Source of the DNA: Tubulanus polymorphus
Taxonomy: Eukaryota; Animalia; Nemertea
NCBI RefSeq assembly: GCF_964204645.1
Contig: NC_134034.1
Location: 9,622,962 to 9,686,961, forward strand
Direction of reading: 5' to 3'
DNA: 64,000 nt
This document shows positions 42,301-56,372 of the stretch, piece after piece. The notes beneath the pieces were generated by a model. The model made no database searches, was not told where the DNA came from, and worked only from the letters and a program-made list of their open reading frames with translations. The stretch's first letter is position 1. Every line of letters starts with the position of its first letter. A program made the position numbers and the translations under genes.

Positions 42301-43469
42301 TCACTTAGTTCAACTATAGTCGACTAACTCGGATAACCGTAAGTTCACCAAGTTTTAACGTTAAACCTCCCAGCGGGATGTAATGCGCTGTTGTTGTTTC
42401 TTGTTAGTGATACATGTAGTCCATTGTAGTTTTAACAGTTTAATCCCATAGAGGAATTACAGACATGTGTGTGTTACGTTTTATGGTAATTCCTATTAAG
42501 CCGTTCAACACCTCCTGTTAATGACGAACTTCACAGCCCGGATCCGGTCCCACGAGAGTTAACGCTGAGTTAAAACTAGTCCGGTTTCAATTAATTAACT
42601 CGCGAGTCAAATCTTAAATCCTGGATTCGATAGGCCCTGAAGACCTGACCCTAAAGACATCAATAACTATACAACCTAGTTAAACAACAATGGATGTCCC
42701 TACTACCAAACAGCCCTTTACCATACACAGCTCTACAAACTAATTAATGTTATCGACTGAAAATTCTTAAGTCCAAATGGCTCAATAGCCAAACGCCCCA
42801 TTACCCCAGCCCCTATACCTAAACATATAACTATAGCTAAATAGCCAGTCCAACCTTACAGCCCTATACCCTCACAATAACAATTCTATAACCTACGATC
42901 CTAAACCTTAAAATAGTAACCCTACTAACAGCCCTATACAGCAATTCTGTTCTAATTACCCCGCAAATCGTAAAGCCCTATCATCAATACACCCAACCCT
43001 ACAGCCCTATCATCAATACACCCAACCCTATGGCCCTACACCAAAAAATAACTCCCCTTTCAACAGCCCTGTCCCCCCTAAACCCAACAGCCCTAGAAAA
43101 TGATTCTAGTGTTTTTCAACAGCCCTCCGCCAGAAACTATATAGCCTTAAGACAAAAAACAACAACTCCCCTTTCAACAGCCCTGGTTCTTATATTCCCC
43201 CCTCCCTCTCCATGAACCCTAGCTAATACAGGCGTAGATTACAATTCTAGTGTTCTGATTACCCTATAAACCCCGATGCCCTATCATTAACCCGCCCTCA
43301 TATCCCTATACAGCACGCACCACAATAACCGGAGTGACGACTTGTGCCGGATGAACAGCCGAATGAGAGAGCCGATTTAAACTTGTCACCGGCTCCCGCT
43401 GTGACTGCCGAGGTCCCCACTGATAAGACTGATAAACACCCGAGGCAGAACGAAATAGAAATCTCTTAC

Positions 43470-43496
43470 CTCAATCATATCTATAGCGGGCATCAT
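43470..43496 (-). CDS. Candidate alternative first coding exon (MMPAIDMIE)
   Basis: ATG ATG CCC GCT ATA GAT ATG ATT GAG|gtaaga; strong donor, phase 0; unique CpG-rich sequence upstream (43500-43770). Confidence 0.5.
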
Positions 43497-46069
43497 GAGT
43501 GTTATTAGGCGGTATATTGTACACTGTCGATATATACTCTACTATCCCGTTCACCCTAAAACCTTTTATTTCTCTCAATTGGTTCAATGAGTCATCTATG
43601 TGGACTTTCCCGTTCGCGGGTAGAGTAGGTAGCGGCTCGACAGAGTAGTACGAGGGATTCCCCCGCAGGCGGCTGGAAGGCCGGATCTGACTCATTATAC
43701 GCGCGTACGACTTCGAAAACGACTTTATTGCGTAATGCGCTAATCGTGATATACACTGTGACATTCATTTTAGTAAAAAAATGTTTTAAGGCTAAAAATA
43801 TTATCTTGATTTTCCGTTGATGAATTTATGCTATCATTGATAATCATTTTTCCATGAATTTTCAACTCCCTAAATCCAAATATTATCTAAGAGGGCCCGA
43901 GAAAACTGATTCACCTTTTTACTCTCGTTGTTCGGTACATTTTTTTATATTAACAAACGATTTTTTCTTTCAATGAAAAATGTCGATTCAATTTCAAATG
44001 AAATGTAGAAAAGTAATTGAAACCAAAAGAACTACTGGCGACACCTGGTGGATCCTCACTCGCCATGGCAGCATTGTTTGTCACCTAATAAAGCTTTCTA
44101 AATTCATAATGCGTAAGTCACCACGCACTGCTAACTACCCTTAAATAGATTCATCGATGTACTCGACTAGTTTCACAAATGCCCTACAGACGGCAGCACG
44201 CGTCGGCATCGTTGGCAGACGCACGGATATCATGAGCACGCAATTACAAACCGTTTCGAATTTTCGTGTACACGAATTGAACTGTTGTTTTGTTTTGTTT
44301 TTTTTTTCTTCCGTAAACCAATCAATAGTCCCCTATCCCCTATCATCGTCACCGCGCTTCGAATCGGCAATAATTAATATCATCAGACGCAATGATCGAG
44401 ATTGAATAGAAGAATTTATTTGCGCCCGTAGCGCGACGAGGAAAGTTTCATTGAAATCCGGCGTCTATTGTAATTGCGGCTCGTTTTCAAATATATATAT
44501 AAAAATATATATATATATACATATCTAATTAAACGTCATTTCAACGAAACGATTTCAAACTCAATGAATACGAATTTATAACAATTGACTGGTTTTTATA
44601 TGTGTCGCGATAGAATGAAAATTTCGCGAACATTGTGCTGGCGTTGATTTCGCTTTTCGCGTATCGCGTACAATTAATCTGAAAATTGACAATGTTAACA
44701 GGTACGGGCGAGTCCGGGGGCCGGTTCTATAGTCGAGAATTAATGTTCAAAAGCGGCCTCAAGATTGGCTATAGAACTCGCCTGGTCATAAGTTGTTAGA
44801 TTGGTTTTAGAACTAACCAAAATGAGCTTAGACTGGTCTTAAGTTGTTAGATTGGCTATAGAACCAAAATGAGCTTAAACTGGTCTTAAGTTGTTAGATT
44901 GGTTATAGAACCAAATGAACCTAGACTTAGACTGGTCTTAGTTAAATTGGCTATAGAACCAAAATGAGCTTAGACTGGTCTTAAGTTCTTAGATTGGCTA
45001 TAGAACCAAAATGAGCTTAGACTGGTCTTAAGTTCTTAGATTGGCTATAGAACCAAAATGAGCTTAGACTGGTCTTAGGTTCTTAGAATGGCTATACAAC
45101 TAAAATGAGCTTAGACTGGCCTTAAGGTGAGTTTGACTAGAACCAAAAAGAGCTTAAACTGATCCTAAATCTCTAGTTTTGACTGTGGTGATGAAGCGAT
45201 TAGCCGGCGCGGGGGCATTTTAATTTAACCAGCATCCTAGATGGTCTGAAAAAATTACCCAAAATTTCCACTGGCTGGACACAAATCAGCATCCAATATC
45301 ATCGATCGAATTAGCTTCGACTATCGTAGAATTGAAATAAGTTCATTTCTAAAAGCCGTGATCGCAATGGGACAACTTGACCGGAACCAAACCAGCTGGC
45401 ACCCATGGCAGAGTCAGATTTGGCCCGTGCTGAATTTGGGAGCGTGTTCACACGCAATCCACTCAGTCCATACTAAAAAACGCTATCAAAATGATACTAT
45501 GGCAGGTGAGGTGAGTCACTGAAAGAACTATTCAGCATCCAGACACAATAATTCGATCCACGCTAAAGTTCGGTGGCTCGGGCCTGGTCTTACGTTTGCG
45601 ATCTGGTTTGGCCAAACCTCTCTTAAAAAAAAAGAGTCGATGCGATGATTCTATATCGAAATCCGAATTCCTAAAAATATCCACATCCGCGAGCGCATGC
45701 CGCGTCGAGGCATTATAACGCGTTACTATGGAAACCGGCGGTACACCTGGCAGGCGAAGAAGTTATCAATGAAACGTCACACGACGACGACGACGAGAGA
45801 CCGGAGTTTATGAATGATGCAGCAACGGCAGCAGCAGCAGCAGCGGCAGCGGTCTCCACGGATGCTTCGGTGAACGGAGATGATGACGTCATTGTTAGAG
45901 ATGAGAGAGAGACTAATCGATATAGTATACCTGTATACGCCAGTATTCGAGAGCATCGTTCTCATAGACACAGCTCCTATAAATCAAACCTGAACCGAAC
46001 TCCACAGATAAACATTGATTTTATATTCGTCTTCACGACGCTGAAACTCTGAACCGTTTATCTGATAGT

Positions 46070-49000
46070 GACTGAGGATCATGTTTATGCTTTACTATAT
46101 AACTAGGACAGGGACTGAGGGTCTTACTGATGCTTTACTACATAACTAGGAAGGGACTGAGGATCTTACTGATGCTTTACTACATAACTAGGAAGGGACT
46201 GAGGATCTTACTGATGCTTTACTACATAACTAGGACAGGGACTGAGGATCTTACTGATGCTTTACTACATAACTAGGACAGGGACTGAGGGTCTTACTGA
46301 TGCTTTACTACATAACTAGGACAGGGACTGAGGGTCTTACTGATGCTTTACTATATAACTAGGACAGGGACTGAGGATTTTACTGATGCTTTACTACATA
46401 ACTAGGACAGGGACTGAGGGTCTCACTGATGCTTTACTATATAACCAGGACAGGGACTGAGGGTCTTACTGATTTCTTACTACATAACTAGGACAGGGAC
46501 TGAGGGTCTTACTGATGCTTTACTACATAACTAGGACAGGGACTGAGGATCTTACTGATGCTTTACTACATAACTAGGACAGGGACTGAGGGTCTTACTG
46601 ATGCTTTACTACATAACTAGGACAGGGACTGAGGATCTTACTGATGCTTTACTATATAACTAGGACAGGGACTGAGGATCTTACTGATGCTTTACTACAT
46701 AACTAGGACAGGGACTGAGGGTCTTACTGATGCTTTACTACATAACTAGGACAGGGACTGAGGGTCTTACTGATGCTTTACTACATAACTAGGACAGGGA
46801 CTGAGGATCTTACTGATGCTTTACTACATAACTAGGACAGGGACTGAGGGTCTTACTGATGCTTTACTACATAACTAGGACAGGGACTGAGGATCTTACT
46901 GATGCTTTACTATAGAACTAGGACAGGGACTGAGGGTCTTACTGATGCTTTACTATATAACTAGGACAGGGACTGAGGGTCTTACTGATGCTTTACTACA
47001 TAACTAGGACAGGGACTGAGGATCTTACTGATGCTTTACTACATAACTAGGACAGGGACTGAGGGTCTTACTGATGCTTTACTACATAACTAGGACAGGG
47101 ACTGAGGGTCTTACTGATGCTTTACTACATAACTAGGACAGGGACTGAGGGTCTTACTGATGCTTTACTACATAACTAGGACAGGGACTGAGGGTCTTAC
47201 TGATGCTTTACTACATAACTAGGACAGGGACTGAGGGTCTTACTGATGCTTTACTATATAACTAGGACAGGGACTGAGGATTTTACTGATGCTTTACTAC
47301 ATAACTAGGACAGGGACTGAGGGTCTCACTGATGCTTTACTATATAACCAGGACAGGGACTGAGGGTCTTACTGATTTCTTACTACATAACTAGGACAGG
47401 GACTGAGGGTCTTACTGATGCTTTACTACATAACTAGGACAGGGACTGAGGATCTTACTGATGCTTTACTACATAACTAGGACAGGGGCTGAGGGTCTTA
47501 CTGATGCTTTACTACATAACTAGGACAGGGACTGAGGATCTTACTGATGCTTTACTACATAACTAGGACAGGGACTGAGGGTCTTACTGATGCTTTATTA
47601 TATAACTAGGACAGGGACTGAGAGTCTTACTGATGCTTTACTATATAACCAGGACAGGGACTGAGGGTCTCACTGATGCTTTACTATATAAATCAGGACA
47701 GGGACTGAGGATCTTACTGATGCTTTACTACATAAATAGGACAGGGACTGAGGGTCTTACTGATGCTTTACTATATAACTAGGACAGGGGCTGAGGGTCT
47801 CACTGATGCTTTACTATATAACTAGGACAGGGACTGAGGGTCTTACTGATGCTTTACTACATAACTAGGACAGGGACTGAGGGTCTTACTGATGCTTTAC
47901 TATATAACCAGGACAGGGACTGAGGATCTTACTGATGCTTTACTACATAACTAGGACAGGGACTGAGGGTCTTACTGATGCTTTACTACATAACTAGGAC
48001 AGGGACTGAGGATCTTACTGATGCTTTACTATATAACCAGGACAGGGACTGAGGATCTTACTGATGCTTTACTACATAACTAGGACAGGGACTGAGGGTC
48101 TTACTGATGCTTTACTACATAACTAGGACAGGGACTGAGGATCTTACTGATGCTTTACTATAGAACTAGGACAGGGACTGAGGGTCTTACTGATGCTTTA
48201 CTATATAACTAGGACAGGGACTGAGGGTCTTACTGATGCTTTACTACATAACTAGGACAGGGACTGAGGGTCTTACTGATGCTTTACTACATAACTAGGA
48301 CAGGGACTGAGGGTCTTACTGATGCTTTACTACATAACTAGGACAGGGACTGAGGGTCTTACTGATGCTTTACTACATAACTAGGACAGGGACTGAGGGT
48401 CTTACTGATGCTTTACTATATAACTAGGACAGGGACTGAGGGTCTTACTGATGCTTTACTACATAACTAGGACAGGGACTGAGGGTCTTACTGATGCTTT
48501 ACTACATAACTAGGACAGGGACTGAGGATCTTACTGATGCTTTACTATATAACTAGGACAGGGACTGAGGATCTTACTGATGCTTTACTACATAACTAGG
48601 ACAGGGACTGAGGGTCTTACTGATGCTTTACTACATAACTAGGACAGGGACTGAGGGTCTTACTGATGCTTTACTATATAACTAGGACAGGGACTGAGGG
48701 TCTTACTGATGCTTTACTACATAACTAGGACAGGGACTGAGGGTCTTACTGATGCTTTACTATATAACTAGGACATGGACTGAGAGTCTTACTGATGCTT
48801 TACTATATAACCAGGACAGGGACTGAGGGTCTCACTGATGCTTTACTATATAAATCAGGACAGGGACTGAGGATCTTACTGATGCTTTACTACATAAATA
48901 GGACAGGGACTGAGGGTCTTACTGATGCTTTACTATATAACTAGGACAGGGGCTGAGGGTCTTACTGATGCTTTACTATATTACTAGGACAGGGACTGAG

Positions 49001-49455
49001 GGTCTTACTGATGCTTTACTACATAACTAGGACAGGGACTGAGGATCTTACTGATGCTTTACTACATAACTAGGACAGGGACTGAGGGTCTTACTGATGC
49101 TTTACTATATAACCAGGACAGGGACTGAGGGTCTTACTGATGCTTTACTACATAACTAGGACAGGGACTGAGGGTCTTACTGATGCTTTACTACATAACT
49201 AGGACAGGGACTGAGGGTCTTACTGATGCTTTACTATATAACCAGGACAGGGACTGAGGATCTTACTGATGCTTTACTATATTACTAGGACAGGGACTGA
49301 GGGTCTTACTGATGCTTTACTACATAACTAGGACAGGGACTGAGGGTCTTACTGATGCTTTACTATATAACTAGGACAGGGACTGAGGGTCTTACCGATG
49401 CTTTACTACATAACTAGGACAGGGACTGAGGGTCTTACCGATGCTTTATTTACTA
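46070..49455. repeat. 43-bp satellite, about 78 copies
   Basis: Unit actgatgctttactacataactaggacagggactgagggtctt, highly homogeneous. Confidence 0.98.
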
Positions 49456-51135
49456 CTAAGATCCGAGCTCCGTACCAAATGTTTTACCATCAGCGCCAAA
49501 AATGAAAAGCTGTATATAGTATATCTATTGACAGTCAAAAAGATCTTGGAGCCAGACTCATTGGTTTAGACCAGGGGCAAGATCTGAGGATTTTCGAATT
49601 ATCTTGACAGCGCAAAGCCTTTCGACCTTTTTCCCAAAAATTCCAACAAAATAACGTGGCCTTTTTTACAATACGTGATCAAAATAGGCCTACTGATTTC
49701 CAATATAAAGTATTAAAGCGTTAAATATAGGGAGAATAGGACGATTTTGACGCCACTTTTCTCTCCCCCACCAGATTCTACTTAACAAAGGCTCCTGGAA
49801 CACATAATGTTGAGCAAATCCTTTGTAAGATATCAAGTCCGAAAATAAGTAGAAAGTAGGTGCTTTCAGCATTTTCAGAATTCTGAACAGACTTATTTGT
49901 CTTAATGCGTTGAAAAAACTGATGATTTCACTGATGATTACATATTTTCTAATCTCATGTTAACAGATTACTACGTAGAAATTGCGTTATATCCAGAAAA
50001 TAATAATAGTTGTCATCATTAATTTTTACCTTCAAAATTTTTTTAAAGGTATTAACTTTTCCGGCCTAGTCGAACTGGCTAAAGCCGTGTAGCTAAGTGG
50101 TATCTAACCCGGGATCCCCGCTAGCCGCTAGCGTACATCAACGTGCACACAAGTGTGTGTGGCAACAGATGTGTCCACTCAACACTTGTACGTTCATATA
50201 GGCCTATGATTCCATCAATACTGGACTAACCGGCCAGAAAAATCAACAGCTCCCTAAATATTCTAAACTACCGTACGCGCTACCCTCGCATACAGGAGGT
50301 CGGTGGTATCCTAAACCCGGCAGTTTCGTGTTAAAGTCTCAGATTTAGTTGTCATCGGATAAATTCCACGTAAACCAGCCCGCGATTGAACTGATCCTAC
50401 GGTCAGTAAACCGTCGTTACTACACAGTCTCAATACGTGCAACTCCCGGACTGGTTTTAAAGAGTTTAAGTCGAATCCAGTCAATAAACAAAACCCTCAA
50501 ATTTTTCAGAAAAACCCAGCACCTCGGGTTGCAGGTTTAGGCCTAACGTTATCCCAGGATAAAATTCTGAATGCACACTTTGAGGGTCCAGATACACAGT
50601 TGCGACTGAAGTCTAAAAGTGGTCTTAAATCTTAAGACTGGTTTTAAGTTTTTAGATCGGTTATAGAACTAGAATGAGCTTAGACCGGTCTTAAGTTGGT
50701 AGATCAGCTATAGAACCAAACTGAGCTTAGACTAGTCTTGGCTAAGATTAAGATTGTCTTGGACTGATTTAGAATTGAAGCCATGACTGTGCAAGAAGAT
50801 TTTGGTTCGATAACCAATCTAACAACTTAAGACCAATTTAAGATCATTTTGGTTCTTTAACCAATCAATCTAACAACTTAAGACCAGCCCAAGCTCATTC
50901 TAATTCTATAACCAATATAACAACTTAAGACCAGTTCAAGATTATGTAGTTTCTATAACCTATCTAACAACTTAGGACCACGATTTGATACTACATTTGG
51001 GCTTAAATCTCGACTATGAAATTGACCCAGGCGAGGGGTTTGACTAAACGTTGGGTTTTAACCAGGCGTGGATAGTTCAGGATTCCGAAACATTTCCGTA
51101 GGAATTTCAACACGATATCACGATTACGTTCTTAT

Positions 51136-51641
51136 CTACTGTCTGTCACACCTACTCCCCGTGCGACGTTTTGGTCTGTAATTTCGTTAATAATCGGTTT
51201 ATCTACCTTTATTATGCATCAATTTGTTCAGTGAGGAATTTGCATTCAGAAATAAACAACAATTTTCACTTAAGTTGTTTTTGTTTTCATTTATGAGCGA
51301 TAGTTTACTCAGCATACGCTCGCGTAATGCTGAAAAATCCGCTCCGCGGACGCTCGGAAACGTTACAGTGACGTCATCACCTGCTCATTAGCATATCAAA
51401 ATACAGTAGGTGGCGCCACATGATGGGCCATAAAAGCCGTTTTTCAGCATTACGCGAGCGTATGCTAGGTAAACTATCGCTGATAGAAGAAAACACAAAC
51501 AAATTTATGCCAGTTCATGATTTATTTCTGAATGCAAATTCCTTACTGAACAAATTGATGCATAATATTTACAGATCAACCGATTATTAACGAAATTACG
51601 AACCAAAACGTCGCACGAAGAGCATGTGTGACAGACAGTAG
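51136..51641. mobile_element. Foldback element with about 205-bp inverted arms
   Basis: ctactgtctgtcacac...cagcatacgctcgcgtaatgctgaaaaa mirrored by tttttcagcattacgcgagcgtatgct...gtgtgacagacagtag; about 90-bp spacer. Confidence 0.85.
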
Positions 51642-51778
51642 GCCTTAATCGAAAAAACCGCATCATACACGGGCATCTAGTGACGAGAATGTCTAAAACA
51701 TGAAAATGGACTCGGACCCCGACTTATCTTTAATTTGACTTATCGTTATCTGAGGTTAAAAAAATAAAACAGTCTTAC

Positions 51779-51946
51779 CTGAGGTGCCATGTAGCTTCCG
51801 TAAGCAGCTGGTTGCGGCGTACTATATCTTGGTGCGCGGTAGTACCCTTGCCATTGAGCCGGCGCGGCAGTATAGTTGATACCGCTCGGAGAGAGGGTAT
51901 TTCGTTTAGAGGTGCCGTTTTGATGGTACATCGGACGCGGTTGAGC
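51779..51946 (-). CDS. shep: N-terminal coding exon, probable Alan shepard/RBMS-family RNA-binding protein
   Basis: gattctag|GCT ... CAG|gtaaga; 168 nt, phase 0/0; AQPRPMYHQNG...AAPAQWQGYYRAPRYSTPQPAAYGSYMAPQ resembles the recalled Drosophila Shep pre-RRM segment (W-x-x-QGY...YRY...PQPAYAAY). The gene name rests on memory, not a search. Confidence 0.6.
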
Positions 51947-53602
51947 CTAGAATCAAATTCATTCATTTATTCATGGGTGGTTGTTTTTGCCCTGGATTTG
52001 GTTGGCACTGACTAAATCATAGTCCAGTTACTGACTAAACCATACTCTGGTTATACTGACTAAACCACAGTCCAGTTACTGACTAAACCACAGTACAGTT
52101 ACTGACTAAACCACAGTCCAGTTACTGACTCAACGGCAATCCACTGATTACTGGTTACACTGCAGTCTAGTTTATGACTAAACCAATTGACCTAGCGCTA
52201 TCCATCCTAACCCTTACCTACCCTAGACCCGATCTAGCCTATAAGCCTACCTAATCATATCCTTAATATCCTAAACCTAAATTCAACCGATCCCCATCCC
52301 TAAATCCTAAACCTACCCCATCCATCTTGCCTATAACCATCAACAGCGCTACTTCTGTCACGGGCGAGAAATTGGAATCAATTTTTTTAGAAATTGGGCA
52401 AGAAGCGTCACAACCCGCCTGCGCTTACTACACCGACAAATATTTTACTAAACATAGAAAAGCGCCTCCGATGAAATGAATCACGGCTTAAAAAGACAAC
52501 GATCATCTATCTAAACTAGACGAGGTAGGGGGGTTACTACTAAAATACTAACCATAGGTCTGATATGTTGTAAACTTGCTGGGTCCATTCTCTCTATCTC
52601 AAATCCGAAAAAGATTTCGCTACACGCAAACAAACGATATGATTTTGATGGCTATCGAAAAGTTAACTCTACACAAACGGATGCTGGCTGGACCAGGAAG
52701 AGAGAGAGAGGATAATGAATGAGAGAGTAGCGAGAAAACAACAAAAAACTGATTGGATGATGATGATTTTTTCGATCGAACAATCGATTACGGAGCCGAT
52801 TTCAAACTGGAATATTAGCAGGAGCCGTGTTTTAGCGTTCAGACCTAGTTCGCCGATTCTAGATTAGCCGAAAAAATGCCCAGCAATTAGTTGATTTTAT
52901 CTTTTTGACAGCTCCCGATCTTCTCTCTCAGTCTCTCAATAAATACAAAAAGATGGCCTCAATTCATCGAACGCGATACTAGCGACGTCTGCCGGCGAGA
53001 AAAATCCATACAACTACCGGTAGTCTCCGGCATTTAGAGGCGAGAAAATGGGAATTACTCGCGTGCCGCAGCATGCTCAGTGATGCGATGGAGTCCGATA
53101 TTCGCGTCATGCGTATCAATAACCCGTGCGTCATATTGGACTCAAATTACAGTCAATTTTACATGGCCTTACTGCTTGCACATCATGACAGAGGGCCCGA
53201 GATTCATCGTGTACAGTGCCTAGTGTACCTCTAACTACAACAGTTCGGTTAAGATTTAGGTTGGAAAATTGGAAATTACACTTATTTCAACTCTTGAGCA
53301 GTCAAACTTAAGCGAGGGATAGAACCAAAAGTTACTTAAGTTGAACGTCCAACCGTAGCCATTAGGCAGCCCACACACCTGACGACAATCTCTAGTGATT
53401 TTGATTAAAATTTTTGTTAAATAAATTCGTTGTTAAATCTCTTAAATCCTGTATATAGCGGGTTTTGAACTTATTATCTTTTCTCCGCGTAAAAGTGTAA
53501 GAGCTATTCTACCATTTGGCAGCCCTTTTGGTCTGTGGTTGGGCCTTACGATTCGTGATATGACTGTTGGCTTTGACTGGTACAGAAACTCAAGACACTT
53601 AC

Positions 53603-53725
53603 CTGGCCGCGGTGATAATGGTGGTGCTGTTGAGACGCCGGGATTGGTGACGGTCCACCCCGCTGCTGTTGAGGGTCTGGTTGTTGCTGTGACTGGTGTT
53701 GACCATGATGGCTCGGATATGCTCT
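53603..53725 (-). CDS. Q/H-rich N-terminal coding exon, probable shep/RBMS long isoform
   Basis: ttttccag|AGA ... CAG|gtaagt; 123 nt, phase 0/0; RAYPSHHGQHQSQQQPDPQQQRGGPSPIPASQQHHHYHRGQ. Confidence 0.7.
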
Positions 53726-54171
53726 CTGGAAAATAATAGATTTTCCTTTTAATGAAGAAGCGATTCTGCCTCGATGATTTATTCCGTATAGAAAGGAAAC
53801 CGTCGACTTCATTCGCGAATTGGAGTGTCGGATGAAGTCCTGAACACCCGTAAAACGACGATGATTAATAATAACTTCCCGATGTCTGAAGGGACAGAAC
53901 TCTTGCTGCAGATTGACCCCTGCATAAGAACATAGACTATAGGCTCTATTTCAACTAGGCTTAAATACAACGTCTGGCCATGCTAGTCAGTCAGTTTTGA
54001 TAGTACACGTACTTCCTGACAACAAAATACAAAACAGAACTGAAATGACTAGCACAGATGGGCAACTAATCTAAAACATCGATTTTCAATCCATTTTGAT
54101 GTACATTAGTCTATTATTGTGTGGGGAAAAAATTATGAAAAAGAAACAGGCTTGGTCCGAGTTTCACTTAC

Positions 54172-54192
54172 CAGATTTTGGCTATTTCTCAT
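54172..54192 (-). CDS. Candidate start-codon exon (exon 54286-54172; MRNSQNL) of the large minus-strand gene
   Basis: Acceptor tattttacag| at 54286, in-frame stop upstream of the ATG at 54192, donor CTG|gtaagt in phase 0; splices in frame to the 53725 exon. Confidence 0.55.
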
Positions 54193-55865
54193 TATTACTA
54201 ATCGATAGATGTGTCGAACCGGCGGTGGTGAAAAATAACAGATAGATTATAATCCTACAAAGATCGAATGCTCCAGAGCTCTGGGTCTGTAAAATATTCC
54301 ACAATTTAAAGTGACGGGTAATTTTATGTCGGGTTCTCGGAGTGTAAGGTGTATGATGCGTTGCCAGTTGTAAGCCTGTGTACGTATATATAGTGTTAGA
54401 GACCCGGCGAACAGCGACAAGTCCAATGAACTTTTATTCGGTGGTAGATAGGGCCGAAGAACGTTACAGTCGGGTGAGTAGGCATTACTGGCGTGAATGG
54501 GGGCTTCATATGTTGGTCACTCGGATAATAATAACTACACTATAGTGTACTATAGTACGGGCTACACATGTGTGACCAGCAGGCCGTCTGTCGCTGCGGT
54601 TAATCGGTTAGAATCGCCAATGAGATTTTCCAGTTGAAAGATTCAATTTCTAGTATAGTGCCCAATCAATCTTTGAACCATTGAGTGGTCTATGTTTAAA
54701 CTATTGGGTTAATCGTACAGCAGCCTGGATCCCGCGTCCACTAACCAACTGCACTTACACACTCGGGAATTAGTCGATTCTTTGGTCGTCCACACTTCAC
54801 GTGTGTTCAGAACGTCAACTGAGACATTTTTGATTGAAAATGAACTACAAACACCAGACATAAGACGTTTTATCAGCTCACTTTCAAATACTGATCGTCC
54901 GCACTTGATGTGTGTTCAGAACTTCAACTGAGACATTTTTCATTGAAAGTGCATTTCCCAATCATGTACTTCGATTTAAACAAAAAAAATATGTAAACTC
55001 GACCGCCGATCACACAACTATATCTGTACTTCGATTTCCGGTTTCAAAAATAAACCCCTGTTTCGCTCCCGGCAGGTGTGGTGGGTCTGTAAGGGACACT
55101 CAATCAGAAAATAAAACGAAATTTACCAACCAAATAAATAACAGGGACAATCCCTATTTTAAGATTTAAAAAAAACACCACGTGAGCTGGGGGACACTAA
55201 ATTTAATTAGCAGCAAACTGCGAGGGCTGCACACGTCCGCAACGCCGGGTTTCCGGGGAACTATATATACAACGGGGCCTTGGATGTATTCGATGCTCCG
55301 CAAAAACCAAACTATGGCGATACCTTTGAAATCTCCTATCTGTGAAGGGATGGTGTTCCAAGCTTAATGCCTTACGCTCCAAAGATCACAACTAAAACAT
55401 ACATATTTCAGTACGATCGATTTCTCCGAGTCACTTTTCCAAGGATGAATTTTGATTTAGTTGCGATTCTGTAGAGTGGTTTTATCTACCAAAAGTCTAC
55501 TAAGACGGGGCCTTTTTGCTGATCGCTCGAAAACTAACCCACCAATCCAATCAACGACAACAACAATTATTATTTCGAAGAGAGTATATTTTTTAATAAA
55601 ATCATGCCGAGTATAAATCGATCAAGTGTCGTCTGCAGTGAAAATGAAAAACACAGACGAAAAAAAAAAACAACGAAAATGAGAGGTCGGAAAAAACAAC
55701 ATGGACAAAAACGACAGTGGCAAGTACTGAATGAACACAACATATGTGTCGATGATGTCTAAAAGTAAACTTTTGAAAATATTGTAGACTCCGTCCGACC
55801 ACTCGCCCTGGAACGACCAACACTCAGATGTTTGTTGAAATATATTTGTGACACTATATTTGAAA

Positions 55866-56372
55866 TATCTAACTCAGATATCACTCTTAAGTCAAACGAT
55901 CCGACTTGAGCGGAGTCTACTGTACCATCCAACTCGGATATCACTCTCAAGTCAAAAGATCAGACTTGAGCGGAGTCTACTGTACCATCCAACTCAGATA
56001 TCACTCTCAAGTCAAAAGATCAGACTTGAGCGTAGTCTACTGTACCATCCAACTCGGATATCACTCTCAAGTCAAAAGATTCGACTTGAGCGGAGTCTAC
56101 TTTATCATCCAACTCAGATATCACTCTCGAGTCATAAGATCCTGACTTGAGCGGAGTCTACTGTACCATCCAACTCAAATATCACTCTCAAGTCAAAAGA
56201 TCCGACTTAAGCGGAGTCTGCTGTACCATCCAACTCAGATATCACTCTCAAGTCAAAAGATCAGACTTGAGCGGAGTCTACTGTACCATCAAACTCGGAT
56301 ATCACTCTGTAAAACGGCAGAATGATAAAATGAAAAGTGATCGAAGCGGAGTCTACTGTACGATCCAACTAT
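55866..56372 (+). repeat. 60-bp minisatellite; inverted sister array at 33075-33417
   Basis: Unit aactcagatatcactctcaagtcaaaagatcagacttgagcggagtctactgtaccatcc; the reverse complement repeats at 33075-33417. Confidence 0.95.

Noticed and set aside
46070-49455. CRISPR-like array
   Set aside because: Units are contiguous with no unique spacers, there are no cas genes, and the context is eukaryotic.
52200-52330. Telomere-like cctaa runs (also 42780-43310)
   Set aside because: Degenerate, no perfect TTAGGG array; more likely decayed repeat-element microsatellite.
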